Assembly: GCA_016390365.1 (NCBI GenBank)
Contig: GCA_016390365.1_3043.1
Source of the DNA: a phage
Direction: 5' to 3' (one strand)
Length of the DNA: 64,000 bases
Shown in pieces: positions 53,830-63,666 of the stretch; position 1 is the stretch's first letter; every line of letters starts with the position of its first letter. Made by a program: the position numbers and the translations under genes. The notes below the pieces were generated by a model that had not been told where the DNA came from, made no database searches, and saw nothing but the letters and a program-made list of their open reading frames with translations.

Positions 53830-54227
53830 TGGCAAATATTAATAAGCTTTATTCTGACATTGACCCAGAAATGAAAATGGATTGGGACAAAGATGTTTCA
53901 AGATCTCTTGGATTAAGGTCAATTAAAAATAGCCTTTTAGGAATTATTACAACCAGGAAAGGGTCAAGGCCATTTGACCCAGAATTTGGATGTGATTTAT
54001 CTGATCAGCTTTTTGAGAATATGACTCCTCTTACTGCTGATACTGTTGAGCGTAACATTGAAAGCGCAGTAAGAAACTACGAGCCACGTATTGATAAATT
54101 AGCAGTTAATGTAATACCTGTTTATGATGATTATACTTTGATAGTAGAAATACGCTTTTCAGTCATCGATAACCCTGATGATATTGAGCAGATAAAACTA
54201 CAACTGGCTTCCAGTAATAGAGTATAA
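53829..54227 (+). CDS. 25: baseplate wedge protein gp25
   Basis: 132-aa ORF matching T4 gp25 in length and position. Confidence 0.9.
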   Translation: MANINKLYSDIDPEMKMDWDKDVSRSLGLRSIKNSLLGIITTRKGSRPFDPEFGCDLSDQLFENMTPLTADTVERNIESAVRNYEPRIDKLAVNVIPVYDDYTLIVEIRFSVIDNPDDIEQIKLQLASSNRV

Positions 54228-54253
54228 TGCTTCACGTATAAACGTGGTATAAT
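54227..54253 (+). promoter_or_regulatory. MotA-dependent middle promoter upstream of uvsY
   Basis: MotA box ATGCTTCA at 54227, 13-nt spacer, -10 TATAAT at 54248. Confidence 0.6.
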
Positions 54254-54293
54254 GAATCTAAGTCCATCCAATAACAATTGAATAGAGAACAAT

Positions 54294-54707
54294 ATGAGAT
54301 TAGAAGATCTTCAAGAAGAATTGAAGAAAGATGTGTTTATAGATTCGACTAAATTACAGTATGAAGCAGCTAATAATGTGATGTTATATAGTAAATGGCT
54401 TAATAAGCATTCAAGTATTAAAAAGGAAATGCTTAGAATTGATGCACAGAAAAAAGTTGCTCTTAAAGCTAAATTAGACTACTACTCGGGACGAGGAGAT
54501 GGTGATGAATTTAGTATGGATCGTTACGAGAAATCAGAAATGAAGACAGTTCTATCAGCTGATAAGGATGTTTTAAAGGTTGATACTTCATTACAATATT
54601 GGGGAATTTTATTAGATTTCTGTAGCGGAGCTCTTGATGCTATCAAATCACGCGGATTTGCTATTAAGCACATTCAAGACATGCGAGCATTTGAGGCTGG
54701 AAAATAA
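54294..54707 (+). CDS. uvsY: recombination mediator UvsY
   Basis: 137-aa ORF; MotA-box middle promoter upstream. Confidence 0.9.
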   Translation: MRLEDLQEELKKDVFIDSTKLQYEAANNVMLYSKWLNKHSSIKKEMLRIDAQKKVALKAKLDYYSGRGDGDEFSMDRYEKSEMKTVLSADKDVLKVDTSLQYWGILLDFCSGALDAIKSRGFAIKHIQDMRAFEAGK

Positions 54708-54931
54708 TGAGATATAGCATTGATGATGCTTTTAATTATGAAGAAGAATTTGAAACGGAAATTCAATTCTTAATGAAAAAGTATAATCTCAAGCGTCAGG
54801 ATATTCGTATCCTGGCCGACCACCCATGCGGTGAAGATGTACTTTATGTTAAAGGAAAATTTGCTGGATATCTTGATGAATATTTTTATTCCAAAGATAT
54901 GGGCATTGATATGCATATGAGAGTTATATAA
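54707..54931 (+). CDS. hypothetical protein (uvsY.-1 position)
   Basis: 74-aa ORF overlapping uvsY stop. Confidence 0.5.
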   Translation: MRYSIDDAFNYEEEFETEIQFLMKKYNLKRQDIRILADHPCGEDVLYVKGKFAGYLDEYFYSKDMGIDMHMRVI

Positions 54932-54959
54932 ATAGATATATAATTTAGAGGAGACAATC

Positions 54960-55127
54960 ATGTCAGATAAGATTTGTGTTGTCTGTAAAACTCCAATCGA
55001 TTCTGCATTGGTTGTTGAAACAGACAAAGGTCCTGTACATCCTGGGCCTTGCTATAATTACATTAAAGAACTACCAGTTTCAGAAAGTTCGGAAGAACAA
55101 TTAAATGAAACACAACTTTTGCTATAG
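54960..55127 (+). CDS. small Cys-containing protein (uvsY.-2 position)
   Basis: 55-aa ORF below track cutoff, RBS GGAGACAATC; terminator downstream. Confidence 0.4.
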   Translation: MSDKICVVCKTPIDSALVVETDKGPVHPGPCYNYIKELPVSESSEEQLNETQLLL

Positions 55128-55150
55128 TGTGACCTTTAGTCTATAGTTTT

Positions 55151-55179
55151 GGCCCTTCCTTTTTGGTTGGGCCTTTTTT
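55151..55179 (+). terminator. rho-independent terminator after uvsY operon
   Basis: GGCCC...GGGCC stem followed by TTTTTTAATTT. Confidence 0.6.
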
Positions 55180-55182
55180 AAT

Positions 55183-55425
55183 TTAAAAGCTTTCTTCTAC
55201 TTCATTGTCTGAATCTTCTAATTCAGCTCTTTTTCCTGCCAAAGCATCTCTCACAGAGATGTCATCAGTATCTTTTAATTCAGTTTCTTTAACTCTTTTC
55301 TTATAATAAGCTTCAAGTTCTTCTAAACCTTCTAATGTTTGACAAGAGGCAATTTTACCCATAAATTCATCAATAGAAGCTTCATAAAGAAATTGTTTAA
55401 ATTCTAGTAACATCTTTTTCTCCAA
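55183..55425 (-). CDS. uvsW.1: UvsW.1 protein
   Basis: 80-aa acidic ORF immediately downstream of uvsW on the same strand. Confidence 0.6.
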   Translation of the reverse strand: MEKKMLLEFKQFLYEASIDEFMGKIASCQTLEGLEELEAYYKKRVKETELKDTDDISVRDALAGKRAELEDSDNEVEESF

Positions 55426-55438
55426 AGGGCCGAAGCCC

Positions 55439-56950
55439 TTATAAATTAACTGTTTTCATTACGTAATTAAATTTTTCATCTGCGTAGCGCTGAATACGAT
55501 CAATGCCGTGTTTTAAAAGATAGTTCAAATGAACGTATTTCTTTTTCGTATTAGCAGATTTTGGCTTGACGCCTGCGTCATCTATAAGATCCCAGACTGT
55601 TGCAATTGTTTTAGAACCATGTTTACGTAATACGCGACCTATTGTTTGCAATACAATAATTTTAGATTTAACACCGTGTGCTAAAACAACGTGATGCAGA
55701 TTTTTAACTGAAATACCAGTAGAAAATACACCATAACTAGCTACTATAATTATTCCTTTACCGTTTTCAGCTAAGGTTTTCATTATATTGCGGGTTTCGG
55801 TATCAACTTCCCCTGATACGTAATAAACTTTATCGTATTCATTTTTAATTAAATCGAAAATAGCTTTACCGTGCGATACGTGTTTAAACATGACAAAAGC
55901 GTTTTCATCTTTTTGTGCAAGCTTAATAGCTAATTTAGCGATCCATTTATTTCTTTTACTAAGCCCAGTAATAATTTTTATTTCTTCTTGGTAAGTTTTT
56001 CCCTTTAATTTAGTAGTGAACTCATCGGGATAGCGAAGAAAAATACTATTAATTTTTAACTCAGTTACTTGTCCATCTTCCATTAATTTAGAGGTCGTTA
56101 CTGGCTTAAATATTTCACCGAACATTCCAACATACTGCATGATATTGGCTTTGCCATCACGTAATGAACCAGACAAACCGAATTTGAACATGCAGTTATT
56201 TAAACCTGATATGATAGATGAAATACTTTTTCCTGTAGCAAGATGACATTCATCATTCATCATCATTCCAAACTGTGAGAACCATTCTTTCGGTTGTTTT
56301 ACTACAGTTTGCCATGTACCAACAACGACCGGTGCATCATTTTTATATTTATCATCTTTTGATGCTCCACCACCGATTTTCTTTATCATTGCATGACTGA
56401 ATAAACGATAGTCAACAAAGTCATCAGCCATCTGAGTTGTCAGAGCAGTTGTTGGAACAATAATAAGAATTTTGCCTTCATAATTTTCCAAATAATACCG
56501 AGCAAGCAAAGCTTGAATTAAAGATTTACCTGCGGATGTTGGAAGATTAAGAATTCTACGACGATTAACTAATCCTTCGAACACTGCATCTTTTTGATAC
56601 CAATGCGGTTCAATTCTTTTATTTCCTGAATAGATTTCTAATTTAGAAAGCCATTCATCAAAATCTTTTCTTGATAATTCTTCTTTTTCGTTAATCTGTG
56701 GGTCAATCCAGGCTTTATAGCCAAAGTTATCGCAGAACTTTTTAATTTGCCCGACTAAACCGAATGGAAGAAGGCGATTATAATCTAAAAGACGAATTCG
56801 TCCATCCCAGTGGCCATATTTGTACTTCGGATTAAAACGATACCCATCAGCTTCAAAGCTAAAGAAATCACGGAGTTCATGAAATGTACTTTCTTCACAA
56901 TCAATTCTCACGTGACTAAAATCATAAAAATGTACTTTAATGTCAGTCAT
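55439..56950 (-). CDS. uvsW: RNA-DNA and DNA-DNA helicase UvsW
   Basis: 503-aa ORF with SF2 helicase motifs (PTSAGKS Walker A, DECH box); late promoter upstream. Confidence 0.95.
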   Translation of the reverse strand: MTDIKVHFYDFSHVRIDCEESTFHELRDFFSFEADGYRFNPKYKYGHWDGRIRLLDYNRLLPFGLVGQIKKFCDNFGYKAWIDPQINEKEELSRKDFDEWLSKLEIYSGNKRIEPHWYQKDAVFEGLVNRRRILNLPTSAGKSLIQALLARYYLENYEGKILIIVPTTALTTQMADDFVDYRLFSHAMIKKIGGGASKDDKYKNDAPVVVGTWQTVVKQPKEWFSQFGMMMNDECHLATGKSISSIISGLNNCMFKFGLSGSLRDGKANIMQYVGMFGEIFKPVTTSKLMEDGQVTELKINSIFLRYPDEFTTKLKGKTYQEEIKIITGLSKRNKWIAKLAIKLAQKDENAFVMFKHVSHGKAIFDLIKNEYDKVYYVSGEVDTETRNIMKTLAENGKGIIIVASYGVFSTGISVKNLHHVVLAHGVKSKIIVLQTIGRVLRKHGSKTIATVWDLIDDAGVKPKSANTKKKYVHLNYLLKHGIDRIQRYADEKFNYVMKTVNL

Positions 56951-56979
56951 GTCTAAATACCATGTAATAAATATATCTA

Positions 56980-56987
56980 TATTTATA
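56980..56987 (-). promoter_or_regulatory. late promoter (TATAAATA) for uvsW
   Basis: TATTTATA on plus strand, 29 nt upstream of uvsW ATG. Confidence 0.6.
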
Positions 56988-57000
56988 CTGAGGAAATATT

Positions 57001-57681
57001 ATGATAGATAAAGATTATATTGCAGAGCTGAAGGCTCTTGATGATAATAAAGAAGCTAAAGCTAAATTAGCTGAATATGCTGAACAGTTTGGTATAAAGG
57101 TCAAAAAGAATAAATCTTTTGATAATATCGTTAATGATATTGAAGAAGCCCTCCAGAAGCTCGCTAGTGAACCTATGCCAGAGACTGATGGGTTATCTAT
57201 TAAAGACTTAATTGATGCTGCTGATGCCGCAGAGGGATTAAAATATGACGATGAAGAAGTCAATCCAGAAGCAGCACTTTTGATTGATTCTCCGGTTAAA
57301 TCTGACATTAAAATTGAAGTAGTAGAAACGGATAAAATTCCTGAAAATACTGATGTTTTGATTGAAGACACTCCTTTTGTTGAAGAAAAATTCGAACAAG
57401 CTGTAGCTGAGATTATTGAATCTGAAAAGCCGTCTGTATTTACTCTTCCGGAAAACTTTAGCCCGAATCTTCAGTTGATTGGAAAAAATCCAGGATTCTG
57501 CACTGTTCCTTGGTGGATTTATCAATGGATTGCTGAAACTCCGGATTGGAAATCTCACCCAACAAGTTTTGAACATGCGTCGGCACACCAAACTTTATTT
57601 AGCTTAATTTACTACATTAATCGTGACGGATCAGTTCTAATTCGTGAAACACGTAATTCTTCTTTCGTAACATTAAAATAA
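57001..57681 (+). CDS. inh: prohead protease inhibitor Inh (assignment by position)
   Basis: 226-aa acidic ORF between uvsW and hoc. Confidence 0.6.
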   Translation: MIDKDYIAELKALDDNKEAKAKLAEYAEQFGIKVKKNKSFDNIVNDIEEALQKLASEPMPETDGLSIKDLIDAADAAEGLKYDDEEVNPEAALLIDSPVKSDIKIEVVETDKIPENTDVLIEDTPFVEEKFEQAVAEIIESEKPSVFTLPENFSPNLQLIGKNPGFCTVPWWIYQWIAETPDWKSHPTSFEHASAHQTLFSLIYYINRDGSVLIRETRNSSFVTLK

Positions 57682-57690
57682 GGATAACTT

Positions 57691-59097
57691 ATGGCTTTTA
57701 CAGTTGATATAACTCCTAAAACATCTACTGGAGTTATAGATCAGACTCAGCAGTTTACTGCTACACCCAGTGGTCAAACTGGAGATGGACCTATTACATA
57801 TGCTTGGACTGTAGACGACGCTCCACAGGAAGAAACGTCAGCAACTTTTAGTTATGTACTAAAAGGACCTGCCGGTCAAAAGACTATTAAAGTAGTTGCA
57901 ACCAATCAAGTTGCAGAATCTGAACCTGAAACAGCTGAAATTAGTACAACTATCACAGTTCAAAATAAGACACAAACAACTACTTTGGCAGTAACTCCTG
58001 GTAGCCCTGATGCTGGAGTGATTGGAACTCCAATTGAATTTACCGCTGCCTTAGCTTCACAGCCATCAGGTGCAAACGCTACGTATCAATGGTACGTTGA
58101 CGGTTCTCCTGTGGGCGAAGCAACTAGCACTACATTCAATTACACTCCTGACGCAAGCGGAGTTAAAACAATTAAGTGCGTAGCTCAAGTAACCGCGACA
58201 GATTATGATACAAAGGAAGTTACTTCCAATGAAGTGTCACTGACTGTTAATAAAAAGACGCAGACAACTACCTTGGCAGTAACTCCTGATAGTCCTCCAG
58301 CTGGAGTAATTGGAACCCCAGTTCAATTTACTGCTGCCTTGGTTTCTCAACCTGATGGAGCGTCTGCTACATATAAATGGTATGTAGATGATTCTCAAAT
58401 TGGTGGAGAAACTAACTCTACATTTAACTATACTCCAACTACAAGTGGAGTAAAAAGAATTAAATGCGTAGCCCAAGTAACGGCTGAAAATTATAATGAA
58501 AAGGAAGTTACTTCTAATGAAGTATCATTAACAGTTAATAAGAAGACAATGAATCCACAGGTTACATTGACTCCTCCTTCTATTAACGTTCAGCAAGATG
58601 CTTCGGCTACATTTACTGCTAATGTTACGGATGCTCCAGAAGAAGCACAAATCGAATATTCATGGAAGAAAGATTCTTCTCCTGTAGAAGAATCAACTAA
58701 TGTATACACGGTTGATACATCATCTATTGGAAGTCAAACTATTGAAGTTACTGCAACCGACTATGATAGTAAAACAGTTAAAGCAACAGGCCAAGTTCAG
58801 GTAACTGATAAAGTTGCTCCGGAACCAGAAGGTGAATTGCCTTATGTTCATCCTCTTCCACATCGCACTTCAGCTTATATCTGGTGCGGTTGGTGGGTTA
58901 TGGATGAAATCCAAAAAATGACCGAAGAAGGTAAAGATTGGAAAACTGGAGATCCAGATAGTAAATACTACCTGCATCGTTACACTCTTCAGAAGATGAT
59001 GAAAGACTATCCAGAAGTTGATGTTCAAGAATCACGCAATGGATACATCATTCATAAAACTGCTTTAGAAACTGGTATCATCTATACCTATCCATAA
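57691..59097 (+). CDS. hoc: highly immunogenic outer capsid protein Hoc (expanded)
   Basis: 468-aa ORF of tandem Ig-like domains plus C-terminal capsid-binding region; about 92 aa longer than T4 Hoc. Confidence 0.85.
   Translation: MAFTVDITPKTSTGVIDQTQQFTATPSGQTGDGPITYAWTVDDAPQEETSATFSYVLKGPAGQKTIKVVATNQVAESEPETAEISTTITVQNKTQTTTLAVTPGSPDAGVIGTPIEFTAALASQPSGANATYQWYVDGSPVGEATSTTFNYTPDASGVKTIKCVAQVTATDYDTKEVTSNEVSLTVNKKTQTTTLAVTPDSPPAGVIGTPVQFTAALVSQPDGASATYKWYVDDSQIGGETNSTFNYTPTTSGVKRIKCVAQVTAENYNEKEVTSNEVSLTVNKKTMNPQVTLTPPSINVQQDASATFTANVTDAPEEAQIEYSWKKDSSPVEESTNVYTVDTSSIGSQTIEVTATDYDSKTVKATGQVQVTDKVAPEPEGELPYVHPLPHRTSAYIWCGWWVMDEIQKMTEEGKDWKTGDPDSKYYLHRYTLQKMMKDYPEVDVQESRNGYIIHKTALETGIIYTYP
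57967..58542 (+). repeat. hoc: tandem duplication of a 288-nt Ig-like domain unit inside hoc
   Basis: Units 57967..58254 and 58255..58542 encode near-identical 96-aa segments (KTQTTTLAVTP...SNEVSLTVNKK); nucleotide identity estimated by eye at about 80 percent. Confidence 0.85.
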
Positions 59098-59107
59098 TCA
59101 TAATCAT

Positions 59108-59135
59108 AAGGGGCTTCGGCCCCTTTCTTCATTTT
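59108..59135 (+). terminator. rho-independent terminator after hoc (CUUCGG hairpin)
   Basis: AAGGGGCTTCGGCCCCTT followed by TCTTCATTTT. Confidence 0.65.
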
Positions 59136-59192
59136 GAAAGCACACAAAACATACTCAGAAAATGATGTATATAATGGCATCAACTCGATAAC

Positions 59193-59390
59193 ATGAGATT
59201 GATTATGAGAACTGAGGTTGTGGTGTTTACTCTTCATGAGTCTGGAAAGTCATTCATTGAAATTGCTCGTGAATTAAACTTACAGGCGAAAGAAGTGGCT
59301 GTATTATGGGCTCGAGCTATGACTGCTAAGAATAAATTTGAAACTCGAGAAAAAGTTGTCTATAGAAAAAGATATATTAATAAAAGGTGA
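59193..59390 (+). CDS. hypothetical protein
   Basis: 65-aa ORF; alternative start at 59205. Confidence 0.4.
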   Translation: MRLIMRTEVVVFTLHESGKSFIEIARELNLQAKEVAVLWARAMTAKNKFETREKVVYRKRYINKR

Positions 59391-59393
59391 AAA

Positions 59394-59672
59394 ATGGAAC
59401 AGTATGATCTTTATGAAAATGAATCTTTTGCTAATCGATTACGCGAAAAAGCACTTAAAAGTAAACAGTTTAAGCTAGAGTGTTTTATTAAAGATTTTTC
59501 GGAACTTGCTAATAAAGCAGCTGAACAAGGTAAAACATATTTTAGTTATTATTGTACTGCTCGCGATAAATTGATTACTGAAGAAATTGGTGATTGGCTG
59601 AGAAAAGAAGGATTTAGCTTTAAAGTCAATAGTGATCAGCGTGATGGTGATTGGTTAGAAATTACATTTTGA
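59394..59672 (+). CDS. hypothetical protein
   Basis: 92-aa ORF upstream of rnlB. Confidence 0.5.
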   Translation: MEQYDLYENESFANRLREKALKSKQFKLECFIKDFSELANKAAEQGKTYFSYYCTARDKLITEEIGDWLRKEGFSFKVNSDQRDGDWLEITF

Positions 59673-59681
59673 GGATTAATT

Positions 59682-60686
59682 ATGTTTAAAAAGTATAGCA
59701 GTCTTGAAAATCATTACAATTCTAAATTCATTGAAAAACTTTATAGTTTAGGATTGACTGGTGGCGAATGGGTAGCTCGTGAAAAGATTCATGGCACAAA
59801 TTTCTCATTAATTATTGAGCGTGATAAAGTAACTTGTGCTAAACGCACTGGTCCTATTCTTCCTGCTGAAGATTTCTTTGGGTATGAAATTATTTTGAAG
59901 AATTACGCTGATTCCATTAAAGCAGTACAAGATATTATGGAAACTTCAGCGGTTGTATCTTATCAAGTCTTCGGTGAATTCGCCGGACCTGGCATTCAGA
60001 AGAATGTCGATTATGGCGATAAAGATTTTTATGTATTTGACATTATTGTTACTACAGAAAGTGGTGATGTGACTTATGTCGATGATTATATGATGGAATC
60101 ATTCTGCAATACATTTAAATTTAAAATGGCTCCACTTTTAGGTCGCGGTAAATTTGAAGAACTTATTAAATTGCCAAATGATTTAGATTCTGTCGTCCAG
60201 GATTATAATTTTACGGTAGACCATGCTGGATTAGTTGATGCAAATAAATGCGTTTGGAATGCTGAAGTAAAAGGCGAAGTATTTACCGCTGAAGGATATG
60301 TATTGAAACCTTGTTATCCTTCTTGGATGCCTAATGGCAATCGCGTAGCTATCAAATGCAAGAACTCTAAATTTAGTGAAAAGAAAAAGTCTGATAAGCC
60401 TATTAAAGCTAAAGTTGAACTGTCAGAAGCTGATAACAAATTGGTTGGAATTTTAGCTTGTTACGTTACACTGAACCGAGTAAATAACGTTATTTCTAAA
60501 ATTGGTGAAATTGGTCCAAAAGATTTTGGAAAGGTGATGGGGCTAACTGTTCAAGATATTTTGGAAGAAACTTCTCGTGAAGGTATTACTCTAACTCAAG
60601 CGGATAATCCTTCTTTGATTAAGAAGGAATTAGTTAAAATGGTACAAGATGTACTTCGTCCGGCTTGGATTGAATTGGTAAGTTAA
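59682..60686 (+). CDS. rnlB: RNA ligase 2
   Basis: 334-aa ORF with nucleotidyltransferase motif KIHGTN; matches T4 Rnl2. Confidence 0.95.
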   Translation: MFKKYSSLENHYNSKFIEKLYSLGLTGGEWVAREKIHGTNFSLIIERDKVTCAKRTGPILPAEDFFGYEIILKNYADSIKAVQDIMETSAVVSYQVFGEFAGPGIQKNVDYGDKDFYVFDIIVTTESGDVTYVDDYMMESFCNTFKFKMAPLLGRGKFEELIKLPNDLDSVVQDYNFTVDHAGLVDANKCVWNAEVKGEVFTAEGYVLKPCYPSWMPNGNRVAIKCKNSKFSEKKKSDKPIKAKVELSEADNKLVGILACYVTLNRVNNVISKIGEIGPKDFGKVMGLTVQDILEETSREGITLTQADNPSLIKKELVKMVQDVLRPAWIELVS

Positions 60687-60690
60687 ATAA

Positions 60691-60720
60691 AAAGGGACCT
60701 TTCGGTCCCTTTGTTTTATT
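60691..60720. terminator. bidirectional terminator between rnlB and gene 24
   Basis: AAAGGGACCTTTCGGTCCCTTT with T/A runs on both sides. Confidence 0.7.
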
Positions 60721-61999
60721 CATCAATGATAATTTTTGGTAGCTTAACACCTAATAAAACAGACAAATCTGAACGACCCGCCATTTTATCCATGTCTCCA
60801 CCATCAATTACTCTTGCTTCTTTTTCATCTTTTGCTACAGTGTAAGGATTTGCAGATAAAGCATATCTAACTAATAAACCGATAGATGGCTGCAAACTTT
60901 CTGGATCAACTACAACTTTAAATGCACCTACATGTTCAGGGTCATCTAAGTCAAGACCTTCTGTATACGGGGCATAGAAAATTGATCCAACAATTTCTTT
61001 TTCACCAATATTTTCTACTACGCCAACGATTACATAATCTAATGGACTGTTGGTATCGCAATAAAGCGGTAAACCATTAGCTAAGAACCCGTAGGCATTT
61101 TGTGAAAGATATTTGTCATCTTCTGGTTTATGTTTTAACCAACCTGATGCAGCAAGAATCGCAGCGGCACGAGCTGAAGCAACACAGAACGTTGCTGTAT
61201 AAGTTGATTCTTTCTGGATATGTGAAACCATTTCACACACCATTCGGTATAATGAACGACCAGCTTCAGGCGCAGATGCATAACTCAAATCAATGAATCC
61301 AGTATCAGTAATTCCTGTAACTTTATAGCGTTTTGACACTGTAATCAAAGACTGCAGAATATCTTTATTGATTTCATCTGCCATTTCGGTTGCAAGCAAA
61401 TCTTCCAAGAAATTAGGAGCATCGAATCCATTTGCTTCTAAATCTTGTGCTAATTCGACTGTGATGCCAGTTTTAAGTTTACGAGATTTAACTGCGGTTT
61501 GCCATTTATTAATCTGGAATCTAGCATCCGCAATTTCGCTATCAGAGCTTTCAAATTTGCTTGTTACTGCAGCATCAGAAAATAGACGAACTTTTAAAAG
61601 AACAATTGCAATCTGAAGAGCTAATTCTAAATCGCTTTCTTCAATATCAGCAAATGGTGTATCTTCTAATACTTTATAAACGATATTATTATATTTGAAT
61701 AAATCACCTTTATTGAGAGTTAATTTAGACTCTTCTGTTAATTCTGTGATTTGTTCTCGGTCTACATACCCAGCTTCGCCGGCGTAAGTAGCACCAGTTT
61801 TAAATGTAAATTCGTTATCCGGGTTAAGGTATTTGATACCATAAAAAGCAGCAACAGGTTGATTAGTTCTTTGCGTTGCTACAATGTCAGAATATATTAA
61901 TTTAGTGGTAGCGCGAGTCAAAGCAACGAGATTTGGGCGACCGATTGAGTTGCTATTCGTTGTGGTTGATTCGCGCAGAAGTTCGTTGATTTTAGCCAT
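60716..61999 (-). CDS. 24: capsid vertex protein gp24
   Basis: 427-aa ORF; similar to the gp23 fold region; late promoter 28 nt upstream. Confidence 0.9.
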   Translation of the reverse strand: MAKINELLRESTTTNSNSIGRPNLVALTRATTKLIYSDIVATQRTNQPVAAFYGIKYLNPDNEFTFKTGATYAGEAGYVDREQITELTEESKLTLNKGDLFKYNNIVYKVLEDTPFADIEESDLELALQIAIVLLKVRLFSDAAVTSKFESSDSEIADARFQINKWQTAVKSRKLKTGITVELAQDLEANGFDAPNFLEDLLATEMADEINKDILQSLITVSKRYKVTGITDTGFIDLSYASAPEAGRSLYRMVCEMVSHIQKESTYTATFCVASARAAAILAASGWLKHKPEDDKYLSQNAYGFLANGLPLYCDTNSPLDYVIVGVVENIGEKEIVGSIFYAPYTEGLDLDDPEHVGAFKVVVDPESLQPSIGLLVRYALSANPYTVAKDEKEARVIDGGDMDKMAGRSDLSVLLGVKLPKIIIDE

Positions 62000-62026
62000 T
62001 GCGCTTTCCTTTTGGTTTATATGATT

Positions 62027-62034
62027 TATTTATA
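62027..62034 (-). promoter_or_regulatory. late promoter (TATAAATA) for gene 24
   Basis: TATTTATA on plus strand, 27 nt upstream of gene 24 ATG. Confidence 0.65.
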
Positions 62035-62040
62035 CCATAA

Positions 62041-62068
62041 AAACAACTAAAGGGACCCGAAGGTCCCT
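62041..62068 (-). terminator. rho-independent terminator after gene 23
   Basis: Minus-strand hairpin GGGACCTTCGGGTCCC (UUCG loop) followed by TAGTTGTTTT. Confidence 0.7.
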
Positions 62069-62082
62069 TAAATCGTCAAAGA

Positions 62083-63648
62083 TTAGATACCTTTAACATA
62101 TACACGGCGGAAGTAAGCGTTTTTACCAAGGCTATTCAGAATAGAAGGCATACCGCTCTGGATGCGAGAAGCCGGAGCCTGAGCAGCGGATTCTGCAAAT
62201 GGGTTGATACCGATACCGTAACGAGTTTTGAATCCCATTACCGGTTGGAAGTTCTTCGGATCAGAACCACGCAGCGGAGTCAGAGCTACATATGGAGCAT
62301 AGTAAATACCAGCATCCATTTCGTTCGGACCTTTATAACCTACAGTGAAATAATCCTGTTTAGCATACTGGTCGATATATACACGGTATTTACCACCCAG
62401 AACACCAGCAAATACTGACTTGGTAGTATCAGTGTTAAAGCCGGTAGCCAGACCCTGTGCAGCATAAGAAATGCCAGTATCAACTGAAGCCAGAACGTTA
62501 ACTACGTTACGGGAAGCGATAATGAAGTTACCTTCGCCGCGACCAGTCTGACGAGCAATTTCAACTGCTTCTTTGTCAATCTGGAACAACAGAGCTTTAA
62601 AGGATTCACCTGCCCAGCGAGCACCACGAATATCAATCGGATCCTGGAAGTCAAATACACCAGCTTTAGAACCCGGAGTCAGGGTCATACCAGATTTACC
62701 AACCTGAGCTGAGTAGTTAATCCAATCAACAACTTCGCGGTTGATTTCCAGCATAATTTCGGTAGCCAGAATACCGGACAGTTCAGCATCAGCATCCATA
62801 CCGTGAACAGCGCGGAGGTCCTGTGCTAATTCGATAGAGTAAGCAGCTTTCAGCTGACGAGATTTAGCTTCGATAACTTGTTTATCGATACGGAAGCCCA
62901 TTTCATTCCATGGGTTATCGGTAGAACCGTTGAAACCTTCCTGAAGTTCAGCGATAGAAGTAGCCATGCCTTCAGCGATTTCTACCAGTACACCAGCTTC
63001 CATTTGTTTCTTAACTTCGGCATCTAATTTAGCAGCATCAGTCGCACCAGCATCGATTGTTACTACAGCGGAAGCTTGCAGATACACAGTACCAGTTTCC
63101 TGGAAGAAGTGAGTATAGATATCACCTACAACGGTTTGTGTGCTAGCAGCAAGAGCTGGGAATTTCTTAGCAGCACCCTGACCAGAGAACATTGCATCTG
63201 GACCATACATTGGGTGGAATGCTTCTTTAGCATCGGAAGCGATTGGGTCTTTACCATATACTGCACGCAGTGCGAATACCTGGCCAGTCGGGCTGTTCAT
63301 CGGCTGAACACCGCAAATATCGAAAGCAATCAGGTTAGGAATAGCACGACGTACCATACCCATAACAGCCGGGCCAATCTGAGTTACTGCGCCAGAAGTC
63401 TGACCTGCAGCGATGTTGGTAGCATTGTAACCGTGGTCACCACCGATTTCAGCTTCTGTTAAGAAAGAACCAAATGCCTGAGCAATTTTTTCGTCTTTAT
63501 ATTCCGGAGCTGTCTGGAAATCTTTTTCCTGGTTTTCAAAGATTTTAGCGATAATCGCTTGTTTGCTATTAGCAATTTCCGGTAAACCTTCACCTTCCAG
63601 TAATGGCTTCCATTTGTTCAAAAGTTCAGCTTTAGTTTTGATAGTCAT
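62083..63648 (-). CDS. 23: major capsid protein gp23
   Basis: 521-aa ORF, same length as T4 gp23 precursor; strongly biased codon usage. Confidence 0.97.
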   Translation of the reverse strand: MTIKTKAELLNKWKPLLEGEGLPEIANSKQAIIAKIFENQEKDFQTAPEYKDEKIAQAFGSFLTEAEIGGDHGYNATNIAAGQTSGAVTQIGPAVMGMVRRAIPNLIAFDICGVQPMNSPTGQVFALRAVYGKDPIASDAKEAFHPMYGPDAMFSGQGAAKKFPALAASTQTVVGDIYTHFFQETGTVYLQASAVVTIDAGATDAAKLDAEVKKQMEAGVLVEIAEGMATSIAELQEGFNGSTDNPWNEMGFRIDKQVIEAKSRQLKAAYSIELAQDLRAVHGMDADAELSGILATEIMLEINREVVDWINYSAQVGKSGMTLTPGSKAGVFDFQDPIDIRGARWAGESFKALLFQIDKEAVEIARQTGRGEGNFIIASRNVVNVLASVDTGISYAAQGLATGFNTDTTKSVFAGVLGGKYRVYIDQYAKQDYFTVGYKGPNEMDAGIYYAPYVALTPLRGSDPKNFQPVMGFKTRYGIGINPFAESAAQAPASRIQSGMPSILNSLGKNAYFRRVYVKGI

Positions 63649-63666
63649 TTGTGTTAACCTTTAAAA

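Noticed and set aside
57015-57591. Minus-strand ORFs (118 and 117 aa) overlapping inh
   Set aside because: Antisense overlaps within an acidic protein gene; low-complexity Ser/Ala-rich translation typical of spurious frames
63076-63462. Plus-strand 128-aa ORF inside gene 23
   Set aside because: Antisense to the major capsid protein gene; no translation signals
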